Of a DNA stretch of 64,000 bases, positions 35,101-45,323 are shown in pieces. The stretch comes from Amoebophrya sp. A120. Taxonomy: Eukaryota; Protista; Dinoflagellata. Every line of letters starts with the position of its first letter. Within the stretch, counting starts at the first letter, position 1. The stretch is from assembly GCA_905178155.1 (NCBI GenBank), contig CAJINV010000007.1, forward strand, positions 3,019,151-3,083,150. The letters run 5' to 3'. Under the pieces are notes generated by a model. It worked only from the letters and a program-made list of their open reading frames with translations. It had not been told where the DNA came from and did not search any database. Position numbers and translations under genes: made by a program.

Positions 35101-36498
35101 GGCGTCCTCCGTGTGGCAGGCCTTCGCAAAACCGTAGGCCGCGTTAGCCAGATCCTGCGGGTTCCATGTAGAAGAGGTGGAAGTCGTTCCAACAGCCACA
35201 GTATGTTTTGCCAGCTGCAGCTTTGCGCGTTTGCCCAGCTTCTCAAAGAGCGGGGCGTCGAGGTGCCCCGACTTGGCGAAGGCCCAGACCACGTTGCTCA
35301 GCGATTGCGCGGGGAAGGTATCCAAATGCCAATCCACCTGCTTGGCCAGCTCGTGCAGCATCGCGTCATCCAACTGTCCCAGTTTCGCGAACGCCCGGAC
35401 AAAAATCGCGTAGTCCAGCGGGGCGAAGTCGTCCAGCGGTTTCCACGTTTGCTCTTGCCCCTGCGGTGTCAGCAAGTGTTTCCGCACGGCGGGAAAGAAC
35501 TCCGCGTCGGTGACATGGTTCATTTTCGCAAAAGCCTCGGCCAGGTTTGCGATACCCTGCGGCGTGAAGTAATCCAGGATCGGCAGCGCCGCTTCCGCCA
35601 GGTAGCTGAAAAATAACCGCTTGTCGCCGGGAAGGTTAATACTACTATCGCTGACATCTTTGCCGTGCCCTGGCTGCTGTGCTGCTCCGTCAAGAAACCC
35701 CTGTCGTGTGGCGAAAGACGACGCTAGATTCGTCAGCTCCTGGGCCTTCACGTCGGTGATCTTTTTGTCCCCCTGGACGAAGCCGGTCTTTACGGTCTTC
35801 GCGATCTTGGCAAACAGCGCCTCGTCAAAAAAATCCGTCCTTTGGACGCACGCCCAGGCCAGGTTCGCGAGCTCTTGGCTGGTGCAGTCCTGCAGCTTTG
35901 GTTGCACCGCCGCGATGATCGCTTTCATTAGCTGGACTGAAAATAAGTTCTTTTCCGAGGACGACCCTGGTTGTTCCAATCCCTGACAACTCTTGGCCAC
36001 TCCGTGCGCGATGTTGCAGAGCTGTCGAGCCTGAATTTTCGTCGAGTTCTGCACGAGGTCCAGCGTTCGCGAAACCAACTTACGAAGCTGCTGTTCCTTA
36101 GTGGTTAGAGAAGAATCCTCTTGTTCTTTTGCCCCACTATCCCGTTCCTGGGCAGCAGCACCGCCGGCCTGAGAATCACTACTCGACGCACTGGACGACG
36201 ATTCGACCAGCCGTCCCAGCATGTTCCACATCGCCGACAAGTGGATGTAGTCCAGCACCGCCTCGTGTTTCCCATAGATCTGCAGGATCTCGTCCACGCT
36301 CCACGCATTCTTGATATAGCTCGTTAGCATCGCTGCGTTGGGCTGCCAACTGGAGGTTGATCCACTACTTGCTGCAGCGGACGAGCCTTTCTGTACAGCT
36401 TTCGAAGCTGTTCCTTTCGCTTTGCCTCCGCCTTTCTTCCCTGCTCCAAAGGGCGCCTTCCCCAAGCCTCCCTTGAATCCGGACTTCTTCCCCTTCAT
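32110..36498 (-). CDS. Helical-repeat (HPR/OPR/FAST-like) protein fused to an FAD-dependent monooxygenase; intronless, 1462 aa
   Basis: Repeats SQELANLAWA, AQSLSNVVWAFAKSG, PQDLANAAYGFAK, AQDLTNTAWALAKVG. Monooxygenase fingerprints VAGGGIGG, ADLLVGADGIFSTVR and VTLMGDAAHPMTPFRAQGANQALSDA. Lys-rich termini. Confidence 0.9.
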   Translation of the reverse strand: MKGKKSGFKGGLGKAPFGAGKKGGGKAKGTASKAVQKGSSAAASSGSTSSWQPNAAMLTSYIKNAWSVDEILQIYGKHEAVLDYIHLSAMWNMLGRLVESSSSASSSDSQAGGAAAQERDSGAKEQEDSSLTTKEQQLRKLVSRTLDLVQNSTKIQARQLCNIAHGVAKSCQGLEQPGSSSEKNLFSVQLMKAIIAAVQPKLQDCTSQELANLAWACVQRTDFFDEALFAKIAKTVKTGFVQGDKKITDVKAQELTNLASSFATRQGFLDGAAQQPGHGKDVSDSSINLPGDKRLFFSYLAEAALPILDYFTPQGIANLAEAFAKMNHVTDAEFFPAVRKHLLTPQGQEQTWKPLDDFAPLDYAIFVRAFAKLGQLDDAMLHELAKQVDWHLDTFPAQSLSNVVWAFAKSGHLDAPLFEKLGKRAKLQLAKHTVAVGTTSTSSTWNPQDLANAAYGFAKACHTEDAELWELIARHAVLRIHEFNAQDLTNTAWALAKVGHPHPEFFETVADQITRKKPEKSAVSTTASTLIPPTTASLVSSLTPPQISNLTWAFCEVRKQEKQTSATSSCSKIKSTESIKLKLYKQVFSALADATMQKVENCTPSELANLAWQFANSNYLDKNLFETLAKPVAKYATEFGEDDLKNVEWAFAQIANSRKCADVVALFRKKAGKSGLAGGQDDADGGGSRVGSGATAEDDHDILGKKSCTKSAAAAQLSPSEISARLQELFNTPAAREKYKSNKGPHILVAGGGIGGAALAVALQTYGLGNVTVLETDKSFSSRKQGYGLTIQRQDMLQVMNINLQKDDAPSTSHYSFDSAGNILGFYGEAFSGSAQQQQQQFLSQEQQGGNGCSDGKRFVHIPRQQLRQRILEQVQPGVIRWGSKLQSFEVVAAGENLHDGSGSASSTSERTSKKSSNSPLASNRPAPGTVSVTLTDQTVLTADLLVGADGIFSTVRKQMKLRNDRLNYCGLVVVLGIVHKPCKLAERRIFETMDGTTRIYAMPFTTSSTMWQLSFPSSEEDAKKWSKDPALLKKEILRRCLHWHQPVPQLLAQTELENMAGYPVYDRDQLQPEVLRAAATSTVDPKKGSESLSPVTLMGDAAHPMTPFRAQGANQALSDAALLAETLAESILRESRSSSPSVLAGAGATSLCTTAPGKDGGHDVSTSSPASQITAGLLKALLVFERKMLNRSGRIVELSREKAKALHSPLALQVGRKVQRQNKTGIDMQQAIRALRKKKIGAHSCEGTEKNLDQILLDTIDEDRRRGGATSSTSAVPEKKKKDLKRGASAKTKTATVAGKQQKEASRGESVGKDVTNQPARKRRKVLEDPAEVTPSAGGAASTKTATVNVEATRTSSTGSSEESKNAIPSAELVAPSGGSASKTRLWGYCQQEENWKKCDHLGKVIEKNGEERVRVLWKHSNSVAILSGDCVRLRGKFDKVDKGKKVRKEKKKKKKKGDSG

Positions 36499-37837
36499 GA
36501 TCAGACAGATGGTATACCAGACACCCAGGGGCTAAACGTAAACTCTACTTCAGGGTATAATTTCTAAAATGAAGAAAAAACAAAACTACTTACACCCTCA
36601 TTGTCAACGCCAACTACTTTATCACGAATATCCCACCTTTCTTTCTGTCGCCTGGGATAAAAAAATCCGCATAGTGAACAAGATCGATCAACTCATGGGT
36701 CTAGCAGCCAGCCCTTGTCGTGGAGGACACTAGCTTATTTAAAAGAAGCACGACGAGAAATGATCTGGTTTGCATTTCCCTCAGGAAGAGGGTTTCCGGG
36801 CCACGACACCAGTCCGTGCAGTTAAGAATCACTTGTTTCAAGAACAGATCTGATTGACTTCCTTCCATCGCTGATCCTCGATAAATCCATTGTACCGGGG
36901 ATCCTCTAGATGGTGCTGCGGATCTTCTTGTTATGCTTCGTTCTGTGACCCTTCTCCTTTCGAACTTGCTCACTTTCGAACTGTGTGTATTCCTCATCGA
37001 TCTTGTTCGACTTGTTGTTTTTAAGTGAGTAGCAGAGCAAGCCTCGTCACCTCTGGATCTGGTCTCGTTCATTTGCCAAAAAAATCAAGTATAAATTCTA
37101 CGGTGATCATCGACGCCTCAAAAGCCTGATCTTTGTTTTCCTTCTGCTGACCTTCAAATTCAACACAAGCGTGCACACAACCAGACATCTGCACGAATGT
37201 ATCCTATATTGAAACGAGAATGCAGGCAGTAGCAAATTCACTTGCATCACAAAATCGTTCCTAACTCCTTAATGAAACATCTTTTCCGCGCGATTAGGAA
37301 GTTAGTTCGTGGTCTTATCGATCAGCGACAAGTTCCGTCCGGTCGCCGCTTCTTCGGTCCGTTCTATCGCTTCACCTCTGCCTGACTAAAGTTGCGAAGT
37401 TATTTCTACTTGGTACTATTGCTCCTGAACCTGGAGCAAGGAACGTGATTATTGTTCCGCTGGCAAATAAAGTATTCGCTCTTGTATCTGCTTCAGCAGT
37501 ATCAAACAAAATCGAAATTAGCAAGGGGTAAGATTGTAAGCTGATTGATCAGAAAACCTCTGCAAAATTATCATCTTTTTCATCTTGGGATGCAGAAACA
37601 ACAAACAAAAGCTCGCTCTTCTAGCTCTGCAGAAATAAGGAAAATACGGGCGGAATCTTGGTCATTTTCCGCTTTGCTCACAAATTGTAATGTTGAAAAG
37701 CTCATCTACTCGGTGGACAAACAACAGAGACGGTTTAGTTGTATTGGTTGTTAGTACTGGTGTGTCATGGTACGGCTTCGCACAAAGCAGGACGGTGCTG
37801 TAGTGCGTGTATCAGTCTCCTCCTGTCATTCAAAAAA

Positions 37838-39136
37838 TTACATGAGGATGTTTTTCGGGTGCAACAAAGTCCCGCAGTTCGGGATCGGCACCGTTGGGTT
37901 CATGAAAACCACCTTCCCCGTTCCCAGCAGACAGAACCACGACAAAGTCATCTTCGCCAGCTTTTTCCCGGTTTCGTACCAGACCGGGCGGTGCTCCGGG
38001 CTCATGTCCGCCAGACACAACGACATCAAGTACCCGCCCAGCAGCCCGCCCACGTGGCCCCACATGTCCAGGTGCGGCGCCAGGTTGCTCATCACCACGA
38101 GGGCCAACAGCATCCCGCCGAACCAGAAGGACAGTCGTCCCTTCGACTCTTCGGACAGCAAGTGCCAGGTCAAGTGCACCTCCGAGAACCAGACGCCGAG
38201 CAAACCGAAGGCGGACGTAGACGCCCCCACCGCGAGCTTGTAGGGGTCCACCAAAATAGACACCAGGTTGCCGAAGTAGCCACAGAAGAGGTAGAGAATC
38301 ATGAACCTTTTTTGATTTTTTTTTTGTCGATACGAATAGCCTGTAGTTGTTCATTATTCCGAATACATTCTTGGTTTTTGTGCTTGTTGAAAATGAATGC
38401 ACAGACTTTGTTGAACATTTTCATTCTGTTACTTTGTCGGAGGTGCCATCTTCCCGTCGTCCCGCTTGGATCAAATACAAATTGTTGAAAATAATTCAAC
38501 AATAAAAATCAACTCTAGAAGTACTTCTTCGTGCCCAGTTGCTGCTCGATGCCGAACCCAACGCGGCTCTGGAAGAAGAGGTTAAAGAAAATGTGCAGTC
38601 CGTTTGCGTGCAGCATCATGGGCGTCAGCAGCCGCCAGATCTGCCCTGTGGCGATCGAGGGGCCCCAGGAGGCGCCGAGCAGGTACAGCGAGCAGGTATT
38701 CGGACTCAGGGCGAAGTTCGTGCCCATCAGCTGCGCCGCGGGGGAGTTGGCCGCGTTGGAACCCATCGTAAGAAACAGCGACCCAGCGTACTCCAGGAGC
38801 TGCAAGATGCAAATGCGCTTCAGAAACGTGTCGTGCTTGAAGGCGGGAAACAGACTCTCCGTGATGGTTTCCGCAACGGAGGCTTGGACTATCGTACAGA
38901 AAAAAAGTATGAACTAGCGAACTTAATATATTTGGTTGCGCACTCTATTTGTGATGTTGTTGACATGACAAAATCGCCGGAAGGGTGTCGCTCTTCTTGC
39001 GGCAGTGGCATGTCAATCTTGTAGAATGCAGACGACTCGGACGTCACAATTACAGAGCTTTGCATGCCTATGAAACTACTGTGCCAGCATTTTTCTGTTG
39101 GATACGCCCGCTTGCCGGCGCTGGGGGCGGCGTCAT
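37838..39136 (-). CDS. Rhomboid intramembrane serine protease (ROM1-like)
   Basis: GQIWRLLTPMMLHANGLHIFFN, VGASTSAFGLLG (catalytic Ser), DMWGHVGGLLGG (catalytic His). One GT-AG intron (~38307-38522) and one introner; the N-terminus may extend into ORF 39068..39961. Confidence 0.9.
38890..39104. mobile_element. Degenerate introner (215 bp)
   Basis: TATCGTACAGAAAAAAAG vs rc TATCCAACAGAAAAATG; removal plus 5 nt joins PAPASG to QASVAETITESLFP in frame. Confidence 0.72.
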
Positions 39137-39961
39137 CAGGAGTGAAGCTGTAGGGACGACGAGGATAAGATGAGGGAAAAAATATTCTACAAAAAATGAA
39201 TTGGGGACGAAGAGAGACTGCTCTAGTAAGCGCAAAAAGAGAAGAACCAAAACATCGTCAACAAGCAAACCCAACGTATCTATACCTCCACTGGCTTTGG
39301 CGCCGAAGAGCAGTTTCCCGTAGAGAAAATAGGACGAGGAAAGAATTGCGGGCACGAGGAACATGGGCAACGAAATTTTCTCAATCTCCTCCTCGATAGG
39401 TTTCTGTGTGAGGACCGAAATGACGTTTTTTTTCACTGTTCTGGAAGAAGAAGAGGTTGGCGACTTGATGGACGTGCACCTGCTGCTCCCGTTCAAAAGT
39501 CCATCAAGTAGGCTGATCCAGCAAGAATTATAACCCTCTACTTCTCCTGCTTCCGCGCTGACGACTCGCTCGATCTCCATCTCCTCTCCTTGTGCGACCT
39601 CGGCCTGGAAGCATTGGTCTTGGTCTCCACCACGACCCCCGTCAGCACAAGAACTCTCCTCCGTCGAATCGAAATCCGCACCGCAAAACAACGCCCGGTC
39701 TTCCTGGCGCTCGACTTTCGCAGCAAACCGCTGCAGCACGACGCGCCGCAACCTTGGCGTCGCGGCGGCCGTGGTGGTACTTGTTTCGTCGATCGCTGGT
39801 GACACTGACGACAAGTACAGTTCACCTTGGAGATGGGACGCCCGTCGCCGTTCCTGCCGCAGCATTCGCCGGGTGCTGGCCGGCAGCGCGGCTTCGGCCC
39901 CGTCAAACAGGAACCAGTCGGCCCGCGCGCGCCGCTCGGGCTTGGAAAAAAGCGTCACCAT
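39137..39961 (-). CDS. Coding-like ORF in frame with the rhomboid (N-terminal extension or separate gene)
   Basis: Part of the 297-aa ORF; GC-rich 5' half; no recognisable domain. Confidence 0.35.
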
Positions 39962-41015
39962 GGGCAGCGGCGGGTGCGTCTTTTAAGATTCGCAATCAGC
40001 GGTTTTTTCCCGGTCGCGTGAGCTTCTTCATTTTGACGCCTTGTTCATCCCCTAACCGGATGTCTAAGTTGATTCTTCTGCTACAATGTGAAGTAGATGC
40101 AACTCATGTACAACTTTGAAATTCTTTAGTTTACGACGAAATTATATCAAGCTCCTCCTCCTTCCTCACATCAAAATTTGAAGTTACTCAAGCGAAATCG
40201 CACCACGACAAGAAGCGATTTTTTTCTTCTCTGTTTTTCTCTCTCCTCGATTTACATATCCCGAATATCGACTTTCGAGCACCCTTCGAAACAGAGCTAT
40301 CGTCTGCAATTCGTTGCAACACAAAGAGTTACTTACATTGGCTCACGAATTCTATGCCTTTCGACATTCCCACGGCAAAAGGCAGTCACCGCCAACTTTC
40401 CATGCCCGAAGTGATGGTGTAGCGTCACAAAGGCAACTGCCTCTAGTTTCAGCTCATTGGACCTAAAAGGGGCGCCGCAAAATGTTGATAATCCTCTCTG
40501 GGATACTAGGACGATTACGCATTCGAAAAGGAAAGGAAAATAAATTCCGCCCTGTTCGCGCGAAGTTCCAAACTCCCGACACTGTTGATGCGTCTGTGCA
40601 ATTGATTTCCGTATCTGCACCGAGCTACCCACGCGTTACAATTTGAGCCCAAGAAAAGTAGCTACAGCTAGCCCTGTGTACTATATTGTTCCTATGCGAG
40701 AAGGCGTACTCGTAGTATGTATGATTGTTTTTCGTAGCTCCAGTGGCGCTGGCAGGCTGCAAAAGTGTTGGTCTCTTTACTGACTAAATTTGTACATGTT
40801 TACTTGTCCTCCAAAACCGTGTGTGTTTACTTCTCCCCGCGTTGAGATTTAAATTCTTGATTGTAAAAGTTTGATTTTTTGTTTCTGAATGAAGATCTGA
40901 AGCTAAGCAAATGGCTTCTTGGTCTTTTGAGTTTTACCTGTTGATTAACATTAAGCAGCTCAGATGTTCTACAACTTTAGCTCGTTTCTTGAACTGATTA
41001 TTCGTCACAACTCTT

Positions 41016-44000
41016 TTACCGCAGCACACTTTTTGATCCGCCCCCCAGACTGGACCTTCGCATGTCAATGATCGGTCCCCCGGCGTTGCTGCCGGCGTAC
41101 CCCTTCGAGGGTCTTCTTTTGACCGGCAGTGCGTGCTTCACGCAACGCCCCTCCGGGGCGGGCAGCAGCGTCCACGTGACGCCCTTGTACAGCCGCTCCC
41201 GCAGCGCTTCTTCGTACTGGCTCTGCAGGTTGGGGTCCTTCTGCGCCTCGATGGATTTGGCCACTTCGTGGGCCGTTTGGTGCTGCGACGACATGGTGTT
41301 GGTTTGGATGTACTCCAGAAACAGCAGCTCCCCCTCGGCCTGCCGCTTCGTCAGCTGCCGGTAGTCCTCAAACTGCATGGGAACCAGCTGGCAGAGCAAG
41401 CCGTGCACTTCCGCCACGATCATGTGGGTGGGGTCCGCGTTCCAGTCTTCCAGTTTGATGGCAGTCAGGTCCTCGTCAACCTCTTCGTGGTACTTGTTCC
41501 TCTTCCTCCCGTTGTTCGGAAACTTCGGCTGCATGCTGCCACCTGGAGAAGATTGCAGAATTTGAATTTGCAATACAAATATGAATATCAGAGCGGCAAC
41601 ACTAGAGAAAAAAAATGCGGCGCGGCGAGGCCGCCGGACATCAGATCAATCATTTTCTAAACGGGTGGTGTAAAACCAGCACCAAAGATTATGAAAATAC
41701 GTTTCAACGGCACCGCGTTCACAACATAGACGTGCGTGCTGCCGCTGGCGCGGTCTGTGTTCAAATCCTTCAGCACTTGCAACGGCCGGCGGTCGTTCCA
41801 GGTCAGAATCAGGGACAGGTCGACGAAGATCTCGAACAGCACGCAGAGGAGCACCAGAAGACTGCCAAAAAAACCCACCATGTCCTCCTTCATCAGGTAG
41901 TCGACTGGCGTCACCGTCCCCGCAAACAGGTAGAAATAAAGCGGGTACCTGAATCATCATGATGACGTCAGAGGCCTGTTTACCAGCATAGCTCGTAGTT
42001 GTTCTCATGCTATTAAACAGGAGTGCGACACACTCTGCTCGTAGTTGTAATGCATGGCAGTTTATTGCACCTCTCACTCTGTTGTGCTGGTGCAACAATC
42101 AAGCTAGAGGAAAATAGATTCATAGATAATACCTCAAAAGCGCGGTGAGTGGGCGGACGTAGTTGAAAAAGTGCGGCACGTTCCACCCGATCGAAACGAT
42201 GAGGCAAAAAACCAACACCACGTCGGCTGGTATGGAAACAAACGTAGAGGCAGGGAGTGCCTTTTTTCTTTGCGGAACTCGTATTATACCAACGTAGAGT
42301 GGCCTTTTTACTTTTCTGTTTTATTATTGCGCCGAAGTTAATATTGCCCTGCTTCTACAAGTCTGCATTTGCATTTGACCAAGAATTCCTGCGATGCAAG
42401 ATGAAGAGGTGGTACCACCAAGTCTCGCACGAGCAGCACTGTTGCCCGTTTGTTGTATGCCCATCCCATAACAATGAGCAAGGCGAAAAACTGCTGCGTG
42501 AATGCCATAAAAATGATCATGAAGAGCATGGAAACCGCCGGACTCAGGTTCGTCATCTGTGGCAGATACGATTCCTGCCACCTGGTTTGAATTCATGTGG
42601 TTTGAAAAGTCACTAAAAATAGGTCCTTTTTCGTACTTTTGTCGGCTGACATCAAGCACGTCGAAAATGTCTACCACATGTTCTGCACCAGCTTCTTCTG
42701 TTCAGTACGAAACTCTAAGTACAAAGTCAGGGCAAAGAAAAAACGCGACAAGAAAATCAGTATACGGAGTAATGTCTTTTCGAAACGGGAGCGGCACTCG
42801 CAAGGCCTCCTGAATACACTCCAGGCGGGTCTTCTCGTTGCTGCACTCGTCCCAAATCTGGTGGAAAAGCCAGGTCCGCATCAGCAAGGGTTTTGGCTTC
42901 ATCAGGTAGAGCTCCTGGCACAACTCGTTCGGCAAGCCACCGATGATTTCCCGCTCGGAAAAGAGATCCACGAGGTGAAAGTCCGGAATTTTTTCCAAAT
43001 CTTGCTTTCGCTGCAACAGCCGCTGCTTTTGTGCGTGCCGCACCTCTATCAAATGCAAAAGTGTCTGGGTCTGGAAGAATGCAAGATTTGTCATGCATAT
43101 TTCTCATGACCCATCATGCCTGTAATGCTTGACCTAGCATCGCAGACTTTTAGAGGGCTTCCTGATGTACCTTCCGCATGAGAAATGCCCTGTCCGTGTA
43201 GCAAAAACCGCACCCCTCTTGCTGGTCATGCAATACAAATTGATGTAGAGTCCAAAAACAGCATGACAAGTTGCAATCTTTCAGGCCCAGACATTTTTAC
43301 AATCCGTAACCTCCGCGGACTGCTGCTTCTGTTCCAGCTTCTGGAGTAGCAACAGCTCCTTCGAAACTTCGACGGTCGACCTCGTCAGCTCCAAGTGCAC
43401 CCGGCCGGTGAAAGGGCACCGGTGGCTTCTCCCGAGAAGCGGATCCGGGATGGAGGCGACCCATCTGCGAAACTCCAGGTACATCGGCGACCGCCGGATC
43501 TTACTGCGCTTGTTATGGTTGGGAAGTCTTGCGAAACTTATTTTTCGAGAGAAAATCCGTCTTCGTCATGCACAAATTATGCGTATGCGAGGACCTCCTG
43601 CACAGAAATCGCACTACGCACTGTCCGTGCGCATCGCGATTCCGCCATACACAATAACAGTTCGCGTCTTGGTCGGTTGCTACATCGGACGGAGGGAACA
43701 TGGTTTGACGCACAACACAACCCTTCCCAAGTACAGACACACTTTCGTTCTCAAGACCACTAGGCGTGTTTGCCCAGATACTGTCGCTCTGCTTTGTTGA
43801 TTGAGCTTGACCTGCGGTGTTCAAATGTTGACAGTTACATTCGCCTACCAAGGGAAACAAAGGCAAGAAAATTGAAATTGACATCGATAATCAACGACCT
43901 ATCGAAATATGAAGTGTCATCCGATAAGTAAACCCAGTTCCGAAAAAAATGTACCAGCTCCGCCGCCTGGCTGGGTCCATGCTGACGGATCCCCGCGCTT

Positions 44001-44375
44001 TCGAATTACGCCGGCTCCCTAACTCCATCGAGGCAGTAATACTGCTTCGTCGCCGGAAAGTTCACTTATCCCGGCGAAATGATTCCTGTGCCAGCGACAC
44101 CGGGTCCTCAGGGTGTGATTCTACTTTTCTCGCTACGTTCTACAAACTTAGAACGTAGCGCAACGTATGCAAAGCCAAGCAAGTCAACTTGGCGATTGTT
44201 GCACAAGAAACGCTGGAGTACTTACTTACGACAAGGTCATCTCTACTAGATCCCTTGTTCCATACAAGACAAACACAATTTCACCAGGATAGCGGACCAA
44301 CTCGGTATTGAAATTTGCATTCAACAGCTGCGAATCCGCCATTTTCGAAGCACGACCTTTCGATTTATTCGACAT
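41016..44375 (-). CDS. Uncharacterised multi-pass membrane protein (multi-exon)
   Basis: Exons join in frame via GT-AG introns (LKR|GSMQPK, LLR|YPLYFY) and via removal of 43047-43308; several hydrophobic helices. The 5' exons are uncertain. Confidence 0.6.
43047..43308. mobile_element. Introner family 1 (262 bp), TSD ACCTC
   Basis: Family-1 TIRs (right end CGTA) and a perfect TSD; restores QQSAEVRHAQK. Confidence 0.93.
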
Positions 44376-45323
44376 TTGCCATGCAAAAAAAACATTAGCA
44401 CTACATCGCAAAATACGATTTGATATATGATAGATTGCACAAAATCAAGCTAGAACGGAAAAAGAATCGTACGTCCGGTGCTCCCTCTGCGTTCGGAAAA
44501 CGCCTTCAAGTATGGAAGTGAATAAGCAACCTTTCTTCAATTACCATCAGCGGTCAGTTTCATGCAATTGCACGCCATGCTCATGCCGACGCCGAATTGT
44601 GTCAGCTGCATAACTAGTTACATGTGTACTTAGGATGTATTCGCGCATGACAGGAGCAGTACCGCTTTCTTACGAAGAAAATTGTGACTTTCACATGTTT
44701 CATAACGATCCTCCATCGTCCATAGACCGCCGCCGGACGGCGTCTAGGGATCGCCGTCTCTCCTCCATGGCTCGTCCTCACGTCGAAAGGCTATTGACAC
44801 TAGAGGATCACGACTGCCGGCACACTGCGTCTTGGATTTACTTTCACCCCCTGGTGTATTGGCATCTTCCTGGATTGATGTGGCTGCCGCGCCTCATCTC
44901 ACTCTAGCAGCGCAGGTAGTGAATGATCTGCTAGTTAGTCCACCATTCAAGTCAGCTGTGGCACATGGAATTAATATAGAGCGATATGCACAGTTGAATC
45001 TCAACAGTTGTACGAAAACTCTTGATTATTTCCGCGGGCCTCCTCATAGCTACACTTCCCGCTCTCGTATGTGGCCGGCAAAATCCGTTCAGAAAAAAGC
45101 TCGCGGACGCTAGATGCTTTCTTTACGCAGCTTCAGTCTTCTCGCTCTCTTGTCCTCTCGATGTCCCAGGAGATTCCTGAGAAAAAAGACAAACACTAAA
45201 AACGACTCAATGTCTTGATAACTGCCCGTGGTCGTTTGCGCCGCGATGACCTTTAACACGACCGCTGATACATTTGCGCTGCGTCAGACAATGGTGTGAA
45301 ATTTCAAAGGTTCCTAAGTGACG

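Noticed and set aside
40641-40667. Minus-strand sequence vaguely like a dinoflagellate spliced-leader relic
   Set aside because: Needs several indels and mismatches and is far from a confident start codon.
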